A stretch of DNA of 63,887 bases, filler included, from Octopus bimaculoides (GCF_001194135.2; 6 parts of 6 records of this genome joined end to end with filler, not necessarily neighbours in it); one strand, 5' to 3'; positions 1 to 12,200 are shown, numbered from the whole stretch's first letter. Made by a program: numbers and translations. The notes: generated by a model not told the origin, from the letters alone.

Positions 1-203
1 GTTCCGTGTAAAGTTTAGTATTATATGCTTTGAAATATGGACAGTCTGAAAATGAAAATATTTTCCACGCTACGATGCACCGTTTTGAGGTATTTAGTAA
101 GACACGAGTAACGTACATATAACTTTGGAAATCACCTTCGAACGATTTCATCCAGTAGGGGTCATTCAAGCCGTCGACTTTGAGGAGTAAGTTGAAATTC
201 TTT

Positions 204-427
204 TTAAAGAAAATTCGACATTCACGAACTCTTGTAGCTGATTGAGAGAGTGCCAAATTAAGTGAATGTGTATAACAAGGTACAAATTTTGTCAGTGATG
301 CAGCTTTTCTGTCTTTACTGATATCGACATATCCCTTAAACTTTTCTTGAAACCTTTCCTTCTCATCAGCAAATCGCAAAACGTGTGACAGTTAAGATTT
401 CATTCGAAGGTTTGTAGTCTCAACAAA
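204..427 (-). mobile_element. Decayed hAT transposase fragment (ZMYM1-like/DUF4371 type)
   Basis: Manual minus-strand translation gives FVETTNLRMKS*LSHVLRFADEKERFQEKFKGYVDISKDRKAASLTKFVPCYTHSLNLALSQSATRVRECRIFF. This matches the hAT DETTD..EQLS.VLRY..ERFLG block and the C..H (HCxxHxLNL) block, with an internal deletion. Confidence 0.7.
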
Positions 428-624
428 AATTTCAGAAACAAATTGTTTCTTTTTTTTTTTTTTTTTTTTTTGCGATTACACCTTTACTTGTAACAGTTTT
501 ACAATTAAATGATTTCATTTTGAATATCGCTTGAAAGTGATATTCGTTTTCAATATGAGTTGAAAGTTGAGAATCTTTAGTACAGGAGTCGGGGACCTTT
601 TTGAACCAATTACCCCAGAATATA

Positions 625-830
625 CAGGGTGGCCCAAAAGTAGGTTTACAGTTATCACGTAGGTACTTCGAAATTCTTTTAAAACATTTTATTACATTTA
701 AATTTTTATCTTACAATTTACTAAATTAGCCTAGAATAATGTTTTTTTTTATAATTAAAATCTAAACTGTTAATATATGAATGCAAAAGCGATAGTTGAA
801 TAACTGTAAACCTACTTTGGGGCCACCCTG
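625..830. mobile_element. 206-bp MITE of Tc1/mariner type
   Basis: 31-bp TIRs CAGGGTGGCCCAAAAGTAGGTTTACAGTTAT (625-655) and its complement (800-830), 1 mismatch; TA on both sides (623-624, 831-832). Confidence 0.9.
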
Positions 831-1061
831 TATTTATTTACGCCGATTTTACCCCCTTTATTTAAAAGGAATAAAATCAAAGTATTGAACTGCTATTTCT
901 AAATTTCGGTATGTGGTAAAGCAATTTTTGTTGAACCCTAATTATAATTATGCTTCTAATTATAAAATTTTTGGATAAGTTTACCGATAATGGTTCTTTT
1001 AACATACCAAACTACTTGAAATTATTAGTTGTTAATTATTAATTTCCCCCTGTATCAATAT

Positions 1062-1175
1062 ATAGAATAAGTACTAGGCTTACAAAGAATAAGTCCTGGG
1101 GTCGATTTTCTCGACTAAAGGCGGTGCTCCAGCATGGCCAAAGTCAAATGACTGAAACAAGTAAAATAATAAAAG
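1062..1175 (+). mobile_element. SINE family D, 3' fragment
   Basis: Same 3' half as the near-full-length copies at 5521 and 15563 (ATAAGTACTAGGCTTACAAAGAATAAGTCCTGGGGTCGAT...GGCGGTGCTCCAGCATGGCC...ACTGAAACAAGTAAAA). Confidence 0.8.
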
Positions 1176-1315
1176 AGTGTATATATTTAGGTAAAGAAGG
1201 TTATGGCCTGTTCATAGGGTTACCCAGGGTTTCGCGTCCACAAAGCGCTTGGCTTTACATACGTCTCGTACTGCTCTATAACTTAGGATGTGCTTCTCTT
1301 TATGATTTACTGATG

Positions 1316-1352
<37 letters not shown>

Positions 1353-2984
1353 GAGGGTAGAAATTGATATTAATCAATTAAAACCAGTGGTCTAGCATAT
1401 TTAAAAAAAATCCGAAGATTAAAATTATATTACATACAAAAATAAGAGGNNNNNNNNNNNNNNNNNNNNNNNNNNNNNNNNNNNNNNNNNNNNNNNNNNN
1501 NNNNNNNNNNNNNNNNNNNNNNNNNNNNNNNNNNNNNNNNNNNNNNNNNNNNNNNNNNNNNNNNNNNNNNNNNNNNNNNNNNNNNNNNNNNNNNNNNNNN
1601 NNNNNNNNNNNNNNNNNNNNNNNNNNNNNNNNNNNNNNNNNNNNNNNNNNNNNNNNNNNNNNNNNNNNNNNNNNNNNNNNNNNNNNNNNNNNNNNNNNNN
1701 NNNNNNNNNNNNNNNNNNNNNNNNNNNNNNNNNNNNNNNNNNNNNNNNNNNNAGGGATTGATTTTATTTATGATTTATTTAATTTTTTCCCCAAATTAAT
1801 GAGCTACAAGCTTAAAATCATACAGAATTTAAAATTAGAACACTTGGCTGTATTCGAACGCAACACTCCATGCATTTCAACCTCGTTTCTGTTGACACTA
1901 CATTTCGTGTAATATGTCTCAGGATAAATTATTCAAATGTTTATCCGCAATAACATATTTCCTTCTTTTCCTTGTTTTTTTCTCTGAGCACGCATGCGTT
2001 GCGCTTTCAAGTCCTTGTTTACTCTCGTTAATTGCGATATTGGAGGGAAATTAAATTTGTCTTCTCGTTTCCCTCTCCCAAGAGAGGCATACCTTATCTA
2101 ATTTACTCTAACCATCTTTATAACCTTTTAATAACTTAATTTACGATCTGCGAATAATTGCAAATATAATATTCATCTGTTGACGAACAATTTAGAATTT
2201 AACGACAAAGAATGTACGATCCTGATATAGCAGCCGCGTCGAAGTCTTGGACTTCCAGTTTTGCTTCTTATTACTTCCTATAGCTTCAGGTTAATCTTAA
2301 CCCTTCTAGCTAAATATATCTGCGTGTCGGTATTACAATGGATATCTAAACTGCATCGGAATCATGGCTTTCCCGTAAGTATCTTTACCCTGCTTGCTAA
2401 ATATAATAATTTATAACGCACCTGAAAAATCTACGGTTGTTGGAGATTAAAAAGTTTGCTTTGCAGCACCACGTGATTGCGGATTCACTACTTCGAGTCG
2501 TCTCGATTCTTAAACGTTACTAATTTCTCAACAATGTTATTGTTAGATTCATTTATTTTTTTAAAAATCTATGATCTTACCGTGTATATGTCTCGTAAAT
2601 TTGTCTACTTATGTTTTTGTTTTATGATATCGATTAAGTGTCAGTGTTTTTTCGATTGCTACCAAAACTTCGTTGCAATCTCTGTTCATCAGAATTTTAC
2701 CTCTTGTCTAAACACGTACAAAGCACTTTTGGCTAAATAATATAATTGAATATCAAAGTTTTACTGGATATCGAAACCACATCGAAATCTTTTATTCTTC
2801 AAAAGTTTAACTCTAGTTCTAACGTAGCGAGAACTCTTCCATATAATAAACGAGTGTCAGATTTTCACCGGATATCGAAACCGCATCGAAATCTTCATTC
2901 TTCAAAGGTTTTGCTAAATATAATAAACGATTGTCAGATTTTAACTCGACATCGAAATTACATCTTAACGTTTGTTTTTCCAGT

Positions 2985-3285
2985 GGGCTGACTAAATCGC
3001 TGGCACGCCGGACAAAGTGTTTAGCAGTATTATGTCCGGCTATACGTATTGAGTTCAAATTCCGCCGACGTCGATTTTACCTTTCATCATTTTGAGGTCG
3101 ATAAAATGGGTACCACATGAACACTGGGGTCGATGCAATCGACGGCGGAGGTAAAGAATACGTACACCACCCGTTTTCGGCGTAACAAAAACCCCAATTC
3201 CTAACCCTAAACACTGGGTGTGCGTATTCTTTACCTTCGCTCAATCGACTTACCCACTATCCGTTGTGCCAAAATTTGAAACTAA
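2985..3285 (+). mobile_element. SINE family C copy interrupted by a 98-bp MITE
   Basis: Contains GAGTTCAAATTCCGCC (B-box-like), GTCGATTTTACCTTTCATC and the CTTACCCC...TGTGCCAAAATTTGAAAC tail shared with many copies in the window. Confidence 0.7.
3144..3241. mobile_element. 98-bp MITE with 8-bp TSD
   Basis: 24-bp TIRs GCGGAGGTAAAGAATACGTACACC / GGTGTGCGTATTCTTTACCTTCGC; CAATCGAC duplicated at 3136-3143 and 3242-3249; central TAACCCTAA. Confidence 0.8.
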
Positions 3286-3769
3286 ACATGCCCGTCTTTA
3301 CATTCTGAGTTCAAATTCATTCTGCCAAGGTCGACTTCACCTTTCATCTTTTCGGGGTCGATGAAACAAGTACCAATCGGTTACTGGGCTTGACGTAATC
3401 GACTTTGCCCCCTTCCTCCAAAACTTCAGGTTTTGTGTCTATAATAGAAACGACAATGATAAAAGAGGGCGAAAGGCGGCGAGCTGCAGAATCTTCAGTG
3501 TTGGGAATCATAAGGACGGTTATCCGGTTTCCCGGGGATATAATTGTTCAAATGCTCGATGCTCAGCTGCAGTGTAACCAGGAAATTTTGAGAGGAGGGG
3601 ACAAGTCGTTTACATCGATAACAGTACCTGACCGGTACTTTATTTTATCGATCCCAAAGGAATGGAAAGCAAAAATTACTTCGGCAGGATTTGATCTCAG
3701 AACACAAAGAGCCGGAGGTAATGCCACTGAGCATTTTGTCCGACGAGCTAACGACGGGCTTTTTTCAGT

Positions 3770-3910
3770 TTCTGTTGACCAAATCCACTTACAAGGTTTT
3801 GGTCGGCGCGAGGCTACAGTAGAAGAGACTTTCCCAAGGTGCCACGCATTGAGACTGAACCCGGAGTCATGTGGTTGTGAATCAAGCTTCTTACCACACA
3901 GCCACGCTTT
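3770..3910 (-). mobile_element. SINE family D, 5' part
   Basis: Reverse complement of the tRNA-like head and core (CTTACCACACAGCCAC, ACTGAACCCGGA, TAGTAGAAGAGACTTTCCCAAGGTGCCACGCA). Confidence 0.65.
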
Positions 3911-4649
3911 TCTGTTCCTTTTACATTCTAAGTTCGAAGTCTTCTAAGATCGATATTAACTTTTATACTTCCGGGGTTTCGATAAAAGAAAAAAAGTAGC
4001 ATTGAAATATTGGTTTCGATTTGATTGATTGACTGATCGGTTGATTACCCTCCCCGCCGCCCGCCGCACCTCAACACATCCCTACCACCACCACCACCAC
4101 CTCGCCCCCCCATCACCCCTCATTTGCCAAATCTTTGGAGCTTTTGTCCCCGTCTTTGATATCATTATTGAAATATAAACCTATAAGGATGATGGAAGTC
4201 GCCAAATAACTGAGCGGAAGATTAAAAGTAAATTTTTGGCTTTAATTAAACTTTGATAATCGATTTTGGATAATTAACGATCAAATATTGAGTGTATTCA
4301 TTTTTCACTTTATTGTGTCCTTAACGGGGAGGTGGTGATGGTAGTAGTAGTGGTGGTGTTAGTAATAGCGGTGGTGGTGATGGTGGCAGTAGTAGTAATG
4401 TTTAACCCTGGGTCAGCTCTGATTTAGCAGAGATATGATCAAAGGCGGTCCAACCGTGATCGTTACATCATATTACCATATGTAGCGCATCCAAATTCTT
4501 CAATATGTCCTTCATTTTTTTATGGCAGTGTATTGTGGAGGGGGCTTGGCTACCCTTTTTAGTGGCAGTTAGAGTGGCGGTGGTTGTAATTGTGATGGTG
4601 GGTGTGGCGGTGGTGATTGTGATAGTAATAATCCCTTCTAATATAGGTA

Positions 4650-4800
4650 CAAGGCCTGAAATGTTGCGGGTAGGGGCTATTCGATTACATCGACCCCAGT
4701 GCTCAACAGATTCTTAATTTATCGATTCCAAGAGAGTGAAAGGCAAAGTCAAAAGAAAAAAAAATTAATCTAGAAAATCGAACTCAAAATTTTCCTGATA
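4650..4800 (-). mobile_element. SINE family C fragment
   Basis: CGATTACATCGACCCCAGTG...GAAAGGCAAAGTC...GAACTCA, reverse complement of the family C body. Confidence 0.6.
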
Positions 4801-4912
4801 AGCAAGCGGTCATATTTTGTTCACTTTCTTTTTTAATATGAATCGACCCTCGTCTGCGTGTGTATAGATCATGGTATATCTATGCCCGTAGACATGTGTG
4901 GGTACGTGCCCT

Positions 4913-4916
<4 letters not shown>

Positions 4917-5002
<86 letters not shown>
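4917..5002. repeat. (CA)n microsatellite
   Basis: Pure AC repeat of about 85 nt; source of the poly-HT/CV ORFs. Many other (AT)n, (AC)n, (AG)n and (GATA)n tracts occur throughout. Confidence 0.98.
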
Positions 5003-5004
<2 letters not shown>

Positions 5005-5520
5005 GTTTCTCTGTGTATGTGTATACAGTGACGCATTCGAGGGTTTCGTTTATTTATCAGTTGACTTCTTTAGAAAAAATTAATTCAGTTCAGTTAAGAA
5101 ACATGGGTAAGCGAGGTGTTGAAAGTCACGCTATAATTTGCGAAAAAGTTATCTGTGCACAGGGTATGCATTGCCACTCCGATGCCTTTATTTTTTTCAT
5201 TTTTTTTCGTCGACCCCCGAAAAGGTGAAAGCTAAAGTTGACCTCGGTGGTGTTTGTCCTCTAAACGCTCTCAGCAAGAACAAACATTGTCTTTAACGAC
5301 ATTACCGTTTCGCCGCCAACTATGAACGGATAATATTCCACAATATTTACCCCAAGCTATTTTCTTACCTTATGATGTTGAGTAGAGGATGGAGCTCCTA
5401 GACAGGCACTGAACGTGTTGCTCCAGCATGGCTTGGGCCATGATGACTAAACCACAATAAGGGACTACGTATGGTTGTTCATGCTATTACTGCTGCCGTT
5501 GTTGCTGCTGTTGCCATTAC

Positions 5521-5912
5521 TCTTTTACTCTTTTACTTGTTTCAGTCATTTGACTGTGGCCATGCTGGAGCACTGCCTTTTAGTCGAGCTAATCGATCCC
5601 AGGACTTATTCTTTGTAAGCCTAGTACTTATTCTATCGGTCTCTTTAGCCGAACCGTTAAGTTACGGGGACGTAAACACACCAGCATCGGTTGTCAAGCG
5701 ATGTGGGTGGGGGACAAACACAGACACACAAACATATACATACACATACATATATATATATACGACGGGCTTCTTTCAGTTTCCGTCTACCAAATCCACT
5801 CACAAGGCTTTGGTCGGCCCGATGCTGTAGTAGAAGACACTTACCCATGATGCCACGCAGTGGGACTGAACCCGGAACCATGTGGTTCGTAAGGAAGCTA
5901 CTTACCACACAG
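5521..5912 (-). mobile_element. Near full-length SINE family D (tRNA-like head, core, internal microsatellite, AAAAG-type tail)
   Basis: On the minus strand: TGTGTGGTAAGTAGCTT...GGTTCCGGGTTCAGTCCCAC head, internal (AT/GT)n at about 5718-5762, and 3' end CAGTCAAATGACTGAAACAAGTAAAAGAGTAAAAGA. Confidence 0.9.
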
Positions 5913-6934
5913 TTGCTAATGCTGTTGTTGCTAATGTTACTACTGCTGCTGTTGTTGCTAATACTGATGCTGCCGCTGTTGCTGCTGCTGCCTTTGTCGC
6001 TGCGATTGCAGCTGCTGCTGTTGTTTTCAAGCTGCTGGTGATGCTGCTGCCTTTGTTTCTGTTGTTACTGTTGAGGATAATTGCTACCCGACATCTTCAC
6101 AAGGACAGAAACTTGGGTGGAGGATGTTAATCGATTAAATCCATACAGTACTTGATTGGTACTTTATTTTATCGATAACGGAGGGATGAAAAGCAAAGTT
6201 AACCTTCACAATATTTGAACTCAGAACATAAAGAAACGCAACAAATATTACAAAGCATTTTATCCGACACTAAGAATTCTGCCAATCCGCCGGGGAGGAG
6301 TTTGTCGATTAAATCAACCCCATTTGGTGACTGGTACATTATGTTTTCTTTTATATCGACCTTGGAGAGATGAAAAAACAACGATAACATAGGCGAGATT
6401 TGAACTCAAAACAGAGCCATACCAAAACATTCCAACACATTTTTGTCCAACGCTCAAACGATTCTACTATTTAGGACTTGATCGAGCAGAGTTAAAATCG
6501 AAGGCTGTCCAGCCATGAGCATCACTTCGTATTTTATATATATATACATATATACTTTTATATATATATATAATTAAAACTGCAAAATCATCTTTAAAAA
6601 GCTGTTATGTGACATTTTTCCAGTTTTAATAATAGATCGAGCATATTACTCTACCTTCAGTATTCGAGTACTATTTTTCTACCTTGTTTTGCATTTTTGT
6701 GCTTTGTGTGGGGGGTGGGGGGCTTGGCTGTGCAGTAAGAAGCTTGCTTTCCAAACACATTGTTCCGGGTTCAGTATCAATAAAAGGCAAAGTTGGTTTT
6801 GGCAAGACTTAAACAAAGAATGCAAAGAGCCGAAATAAAGGACGCCAAATATATGTTGTCTGATGCGCTAACAATTCTGCCAGCTCACTACCATAATAAT
6901 AATGATGATGATGATGTCAAAATTTGGCGCAAGG

Positions 6935-7085
6935 CCAGCAATTACAGGAGAGAGGCAAGTCGATTACATCGATCCCCAGTGCTCAATTGGTACTTATTTT
7001 ATCGACCTTGAAGGGATGAAAGACAAAGTCGACCTTAGTGGAAATTGAACTAAGAATATAAGACGGACGAAATACCGCTACGCAA
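6935..7085 (-). mobile_element. SINE family C copy
   Basis: GGCCAGCAATT...CGATTACATCGATCCCCAGTG...GGGATGAAAGACAAAGTCGACC...AAATACCGCTA. Confidence 0.7.
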
Positions 7086-7274
7086 TTTGAATAATAATAA
7101 TTATAATAATCGTTTATATTATTCGTTCTGCAAAATTCTTGATGTGAATTCGTGTGTTGAAACAGATATTGTTGTATTTGGGGATGGTCATGTTGCTAGT
7201 TTAGTCAATGAAAACACACGCACTATATATAAAGTGCGTGTGTTTTCATTCGCTAAACTGGCAACATGACCGAC

Positions 7275-7515
7275 CCCAGATACCACAATAGTTATAATAA
7301 TCCTTTCTGCTAACAGGTACAAGGCTCGAAAATTGGCGGGAGGGGAACAATCGATTATATCGAACACAGTGCTTAACTTGTATATAATTTATCGACCCAG
7401 AAAGGATGAAAGGCAAACTCGACCGCGGCAGAAATTTGAACTCGGAACGTAAAGATGGATGAAATACCACTAAAAATACCGCTTAATATTCTGACCGGCG
7501 TGCTGACGGTTCTGC
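7275..7515 (-). mobile_element. SINE family C copy
   Basis: Reverse complement of the full family C body, from GGCGGCAGAACCGTCAGCACGCCGG to the GTACCTGTTAGCAGAAAGG tail. Confidence 0.75.
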
Positions 7516-7663
7516 CGCCTTGTGGCCTTAAATAAATGACGATACAAATTTTAAAACATTATCGTAATTATGTTTCAAAAAACATTTCGTTTTCCAAAGA
7601 TATATAATGCATATGACGTATGTAATATAATGCATGCAATAAATATGCATGTATACAGTATGC

Positions 7664-7694
<31 letters not shown>

Positions 7695-9336
7695 CGTATA
7701 CAGTATATAAAATTTAGTTACTGTATGTATGTATTATGATCCTAGAGAATAACTGTAGGACTGCATTGAATATGAAATAGCGTAGCAGAATTTGCTGGTT
7801 GCTTCTTTTTCTTCATTCATTGGTTACTGAATTCTTGGAATTTCAAATAAACGAGACAGCATGATTCCCAGATGTGCCCGATGGAATAATATGACTTCGA
7901 CATTCATTCAAGAATTTACGCTCAAGGCTTAAGCTAATGCTTTGGTACCGATGCATGCAGTTGCGTAGAGAATTATAGATGCGCATGTATATATATGATA
8001 GTGTGTGTGTATTCCTATATATATAGAGCTGTATATATGTGGGTATATACATTCATATATATAAAGTGTTATATGTATTATGCATGTATGTGGGCGTATG
8101 TATATATATAAAGAGAGAGAGAGAGCTAAATGTGTGTATTTATATATATGAAGTGGTATATGTGTATATATATACACACACATTCATATTCATAGATAAA
8201 TAGAGAGGTATGTGTTCATATACATAAAGAAAGCTGTATATTATATGTATATGTAGGTGTATGTATATGTATTCATGTATATATATACTCATATTTCTGT
8301 ATATTATATATATATATATATATATATATNNNNNNNNNNNNNNNNNNNNNNNNNNNNNNNNNNNNNNNNNNNNNNNNNNNNNNNNNNNNNNNNNNNNNNN
8401 NNNNNNNNNNNNNNNNNNNNNNNNNNNNNNNNNNNNNNNNNNNNNNNNNNNNNNNNNNNNNNNNNNNNNNNNNNNNNNNNNNNNNNNNNNNNNNNNNNNN
8501 NNNNNNNNNNNNNNNNNNNNNNNNNNNNNNNNNNNNNNNNNNNNNNNNNNNNNNNNNNNNNNNNNNNNNNNNNNNNNNNNNNNNNNNNNNNNNNNNNNNN
8601 NNNNNNNNNNNNNNNNNNNNNNNNNNNNNNNNNNNNNNNNNNNNNNNNNNNNNNNNNNNNNNNNNNNNNNNNNNNNNNNNNNNNNNNNNNNNNNNNNNNN
8701 NNNNNNNNNNNNNNNNNNNNNNNNNNNNNNNNNNNNNNNNNNNNNNNNNNNNNNNNNNNNNNNNNNNNNNNNNNNNNNNNNNNNNNNNNNNNNNNNNNNN
8801 NNNNNNNNNNNNNNNNNNNNNNNNNNNNNNNNNNNNNNNNNNNNNNNNNNNNNNNNNNNNNNNNNNNNNNNNNNNNNNNNNNNNNNNNNNNNNNNNNNNN
8901 NNNNNNNNNNNNNNNNNNNNNNNNNNNNNNNNNNNNNNNNNNNNNNNNNNNNNNNNNNNNNNNNNNNNNNNNNNNNNNNNNNNNNNNNNNNNNNNNNNNN
9001 NNNNNNNNNNNNNNNNNNNNNNNNNNNNNNNNNNNNNNNNNNNNNNNNNNNNNNNNNNNNNNNNNNNNNNNNNNNNNNNNNNNNNNNNNNNNNNNNNNNN
9101 NNNNNNNNNNNNNNNNNNNNNNNNNNNNNNNNNNNNNNNNNNNNNNNNNNNNNNNNNNNGTGTGTGTGTGTGTGTGTGTGTGCAAGCTCGTATGTGTGCA
9201 CGCTCATATGTGTGCACGCACTTATGTGTTCGTGCTTATATGTAAGTATGTGCGTCCATATGTGTGTTTGTAACAATTTCGTTTATATCAGATCAGATAG
9301 AGACTTTTTAATTTATATATATTACGTACTCATACA

Positions 9337-10168
9337 CACGAGGAGATACCTAAAAGTAAACGAAAACGTTCTCTGTGGGACAAGCCCGTTATAGTTCAGG
9401 CTTCCGCCGCTAGAAGCCACTTGATGCAAACCTCAGGCATCAGTCTGCCGACCGCTGTCGTCGAGTGGAGTCGTACTGTCACGTGGTGCGTTTTCGTTTT
9501 GCAGTGCTTCTCCCCTGTTCGTCGATCTTTGCGATGACTGAAACGAAGAAATGGCGTGCTTCTTTGAAATTCTGTTTTCCGCTGAGGAAAACGGCAGCCG
9601 AAGCAGCTGTCACGCTTCAAACAGCTTACAAGGACGCTGCCATGAGCAAAATGCAAGTTTACGAACGAATGAAATCATCCTGAAAATCCATGAACTGATT
9701 TTGGAGGACCGTCACCGAATAGTTGATGGACTTTTTGATATGACTGGTGTGTCCTGGAACTCCTGCCAACGAATTTTGAGCGAGGAATTGCAAATGAAGA
9801 GTCGCAGCAAAACTTGTGCCTCGCTTGTTCACAGAAGATCAAAAGCAGTCACGGTTGAATGCATGTCGGGAACTGAAAGAACAACTGGAAATTGTTCCGG
9901 ACTTTTTTTCGAAGGACATCACTGGTGATGAAATCTGGTGCTACGGAATTTGCAGATGTGGAAGAAGTGAAGAAAAAACGATGAAGGTGTTAAAAAACAT
10001 CACTTCGCAAGAGTTCCAGGACCGCTTCGAATCATGGAAAACGTGTCTGGGTCGATGCATTGCTTCAAATGGAAAACGCTTCGAAGGCGATAAAAGTTTT
10101 AACATGTAAAACTAAATGAACAAAATAACATTGCAAAATTCCGGCTTCTTTTGTATACCCGCTTCTAG
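9337..10168 (+). mobile_element. Internally deleted, frameshifted mariner transposon
   Basis: ORF pieces RASLKFCFPLRKTAAEAAVTLQTAYKD (HTH), RLFTEDQKQSRLNAC...ITGDEIWCY (first catalytic D), and C-terminal WKTCLGRCIASNGKRFEGDK; degenerate TIR-like ends near 9337 and 10140-10168. Confidence 0.85.
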
Positions 10169-10737
10169 TGTGTATGTTTATTCTAATACGCTCTTGCACA
10201 CTAGAATGTGAAAGGTATTGGCTGCGCGATTTTCTCTTGCTGTTGATAATTTGTATAGAAATACAATCTGAGCTCCAAGTGACGCCAGGGACGCAGTGTT
10301 TCGGTGTGATTTCACCTCTTCGGTAGTAGACACACCATCGATCATTTGGAACTGGCCTGGAACCCTTCTTCTTATAGGAAACAACAAACAATACATTTGC
10401 CAAGCTGGAATTAATCCAGTATAAAATACGTGTTAAAAATTAATGTACACACCGTAATATTACTCTGATTTTTTTCTTCTTTTAACGGTACGTAGTGTTA
10501 TTGGTGGTGCTTGATGTTTTGCTGTAGATCAGAGGTTTTCAACCAGACTCTACATATCCCCTAGGGATCAATATAAGACTTTGCTGTTAAAAATTTATCT
10601 GCAATAAAACAGTTGCACTTCTACAAGACACAAAATATTTTAACAATGATCTTCTAAAATAATTCCTAATAATATTTAATTCTAAGAATATTTAATTCTT
10701 AAAAAGATGCTTTTTTTATATAATAAAAGATAAATAA

Positions 10738-10985
10738 ATGCGCCCTTTTTAAAGCCTAGCCAGGCTCATGGGTCTGGTTTCCCGGTTTCAATGGCGTATG
10801 TGTTCCTCAGCTGGACGGGACTCCAGTCCATCGCAGCGTTACTCCTATTTGCCAGCTGAGTGGACTGGAGTAACATGAAATGAAGTGTTTTGCTCAAGAA
10901 CACAACGCGTCGCCCGGTCCAGGAATCGAAACCACAATCTTACGATCATGGTGCTTACACCCTAACCACTAAGCCACGCGCCTCC
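10738..10985 (-). mobile_element. tRNA-derived SINE family B (CORE-like central region)
   Basis: Minus strand: GGAGGCGCGTGGCTTAGTGG (A box), GTTTCGATTCC (B box), TGTTCTTGAGCAAAACACTTCATTTC, TGCGATGGACTGGAGTCCCGTCCAG. Confidence 0.85.
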
Positions 10986-11567
10986 ACTTTTTTTTATATA
11001 CACAACGAATGTAAATGGAATGTAAAAGCCGAGTAAAATGGAAATCAAAGGGCTCCAACGACAAAAGAGGGATTGAGTACCACTGCTGCCGTCTGACATT
11101 GATATCGCTGGTAATGGCGCTCGTGTCAGTGGTGTAGCAGTAGNNNNNNNNNNNNNNNNNNNNNNNNNNNNNNNNNNNNNNNNNNNNNNNNNNNNNNNNN
11201 NNNNNNNNNNNNNNNNNNNNNNNNNNNNNNNNNNNNNNNNNNNNNNNNNNNNNNNNNNNNNNNNNNNNNNNNNNNNNNNNNNNNNNNNNNNNNNNNNNNN
11301 NNNNNNNNNNNNNNNNNNNNNNNNNNNNNNNNNNNNNNNNNNNNNNNNNNNNNNNNNNNNNNNNNNNNNNNNNNNNNNNNNNNNNNNNNNNNNNNNNNNN
11401 NNNNNNNNNNNNNNNNNNNNNNNNNNNNNNNNNNNNNNNNNNNNNNNNNNNNNNNNNNNNNNNNNNNNNNNNNNNNNNNNNNNNNNNNNNNNNNNNNNNN
11501 NNNNNNNNNNNNNNNNNNNNNNNNNNNNNNNNNNNNNNNNNNNNNNNNNNNNNNNNNNNNNNNNNNN

Positions 11568-12200
11568 TGATGACGGTGGTGATGGTGATGGTGATGATGA
11601 TTGTAGTGGAATTGAGTATGGTGTTGGTGGCGAAGACGATGTAGTGATGCTGTGCTGTACTTCGTTTTGATTTTGGTTGTCGTGGTGATGGTAGTGGTGG
11701 TAGTGGTGGTGGTGGTGGTGGCTGCGGAGGCGTATGATGACGCAATCAATTTTCTGACCTTCATAATAACTGGATTTAATTAGAGCTGCTTTACTTTGAT
11801 GTAATTGCTTAGAAAATCGTTTACTGATGCTACTGTTGATGATGATGATGATGATGATGATGACATTGATGGCGATAATGGTGCTGCTGCTGATGATGAT
11901 GATGATAATAATGGTATTGTTGATGTTGATGATGATGATGATGATGACATTGACGATGATAATGGTGCTGCTGCTGCTGATAATAATGGTACTGTTGATG
12001 TTGATGATGTTGCTGTTATTGATGATGATGACGACGACGACGACATTGATGTTGCTGGTGATGGTGCTGCTGTTCTTGTTGCTGCAGATGATGATGATAT
12101 TTGTCGTCGTTATTGTCTTGATGATGGTGGTGATGATGATGAAGTGTGTGTTGTCGCTTTATTTTGTTTGTGTTATTGCTGCTGCCACCGTTGCTCATGA
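11568..12200. repeat. Compound (GAT/GGT/GCT)n trinucleotide array with higher-order units
   Basis: Runs of GAT punctuated by recurring GACATTGA, GATAATGGTGCTGCTGCT and GGTA(T/C)TGTTGATGTT blocks. Confidence 0.9.

Noticed and set aside
3405-3947. 180-aa ORF
   Set aside because: Runs through SINE C and SINE D fragments in mixed orientation; no protein motif.
8140-9394. Long ORFs in the supplied track that span N runs (also 18.2, 22.1, 25.6, 27.4, 38.4, 54.0 and 57.3 kb)
   Set aside because: They are open only because N translates as X; the flanks are microsatellites.
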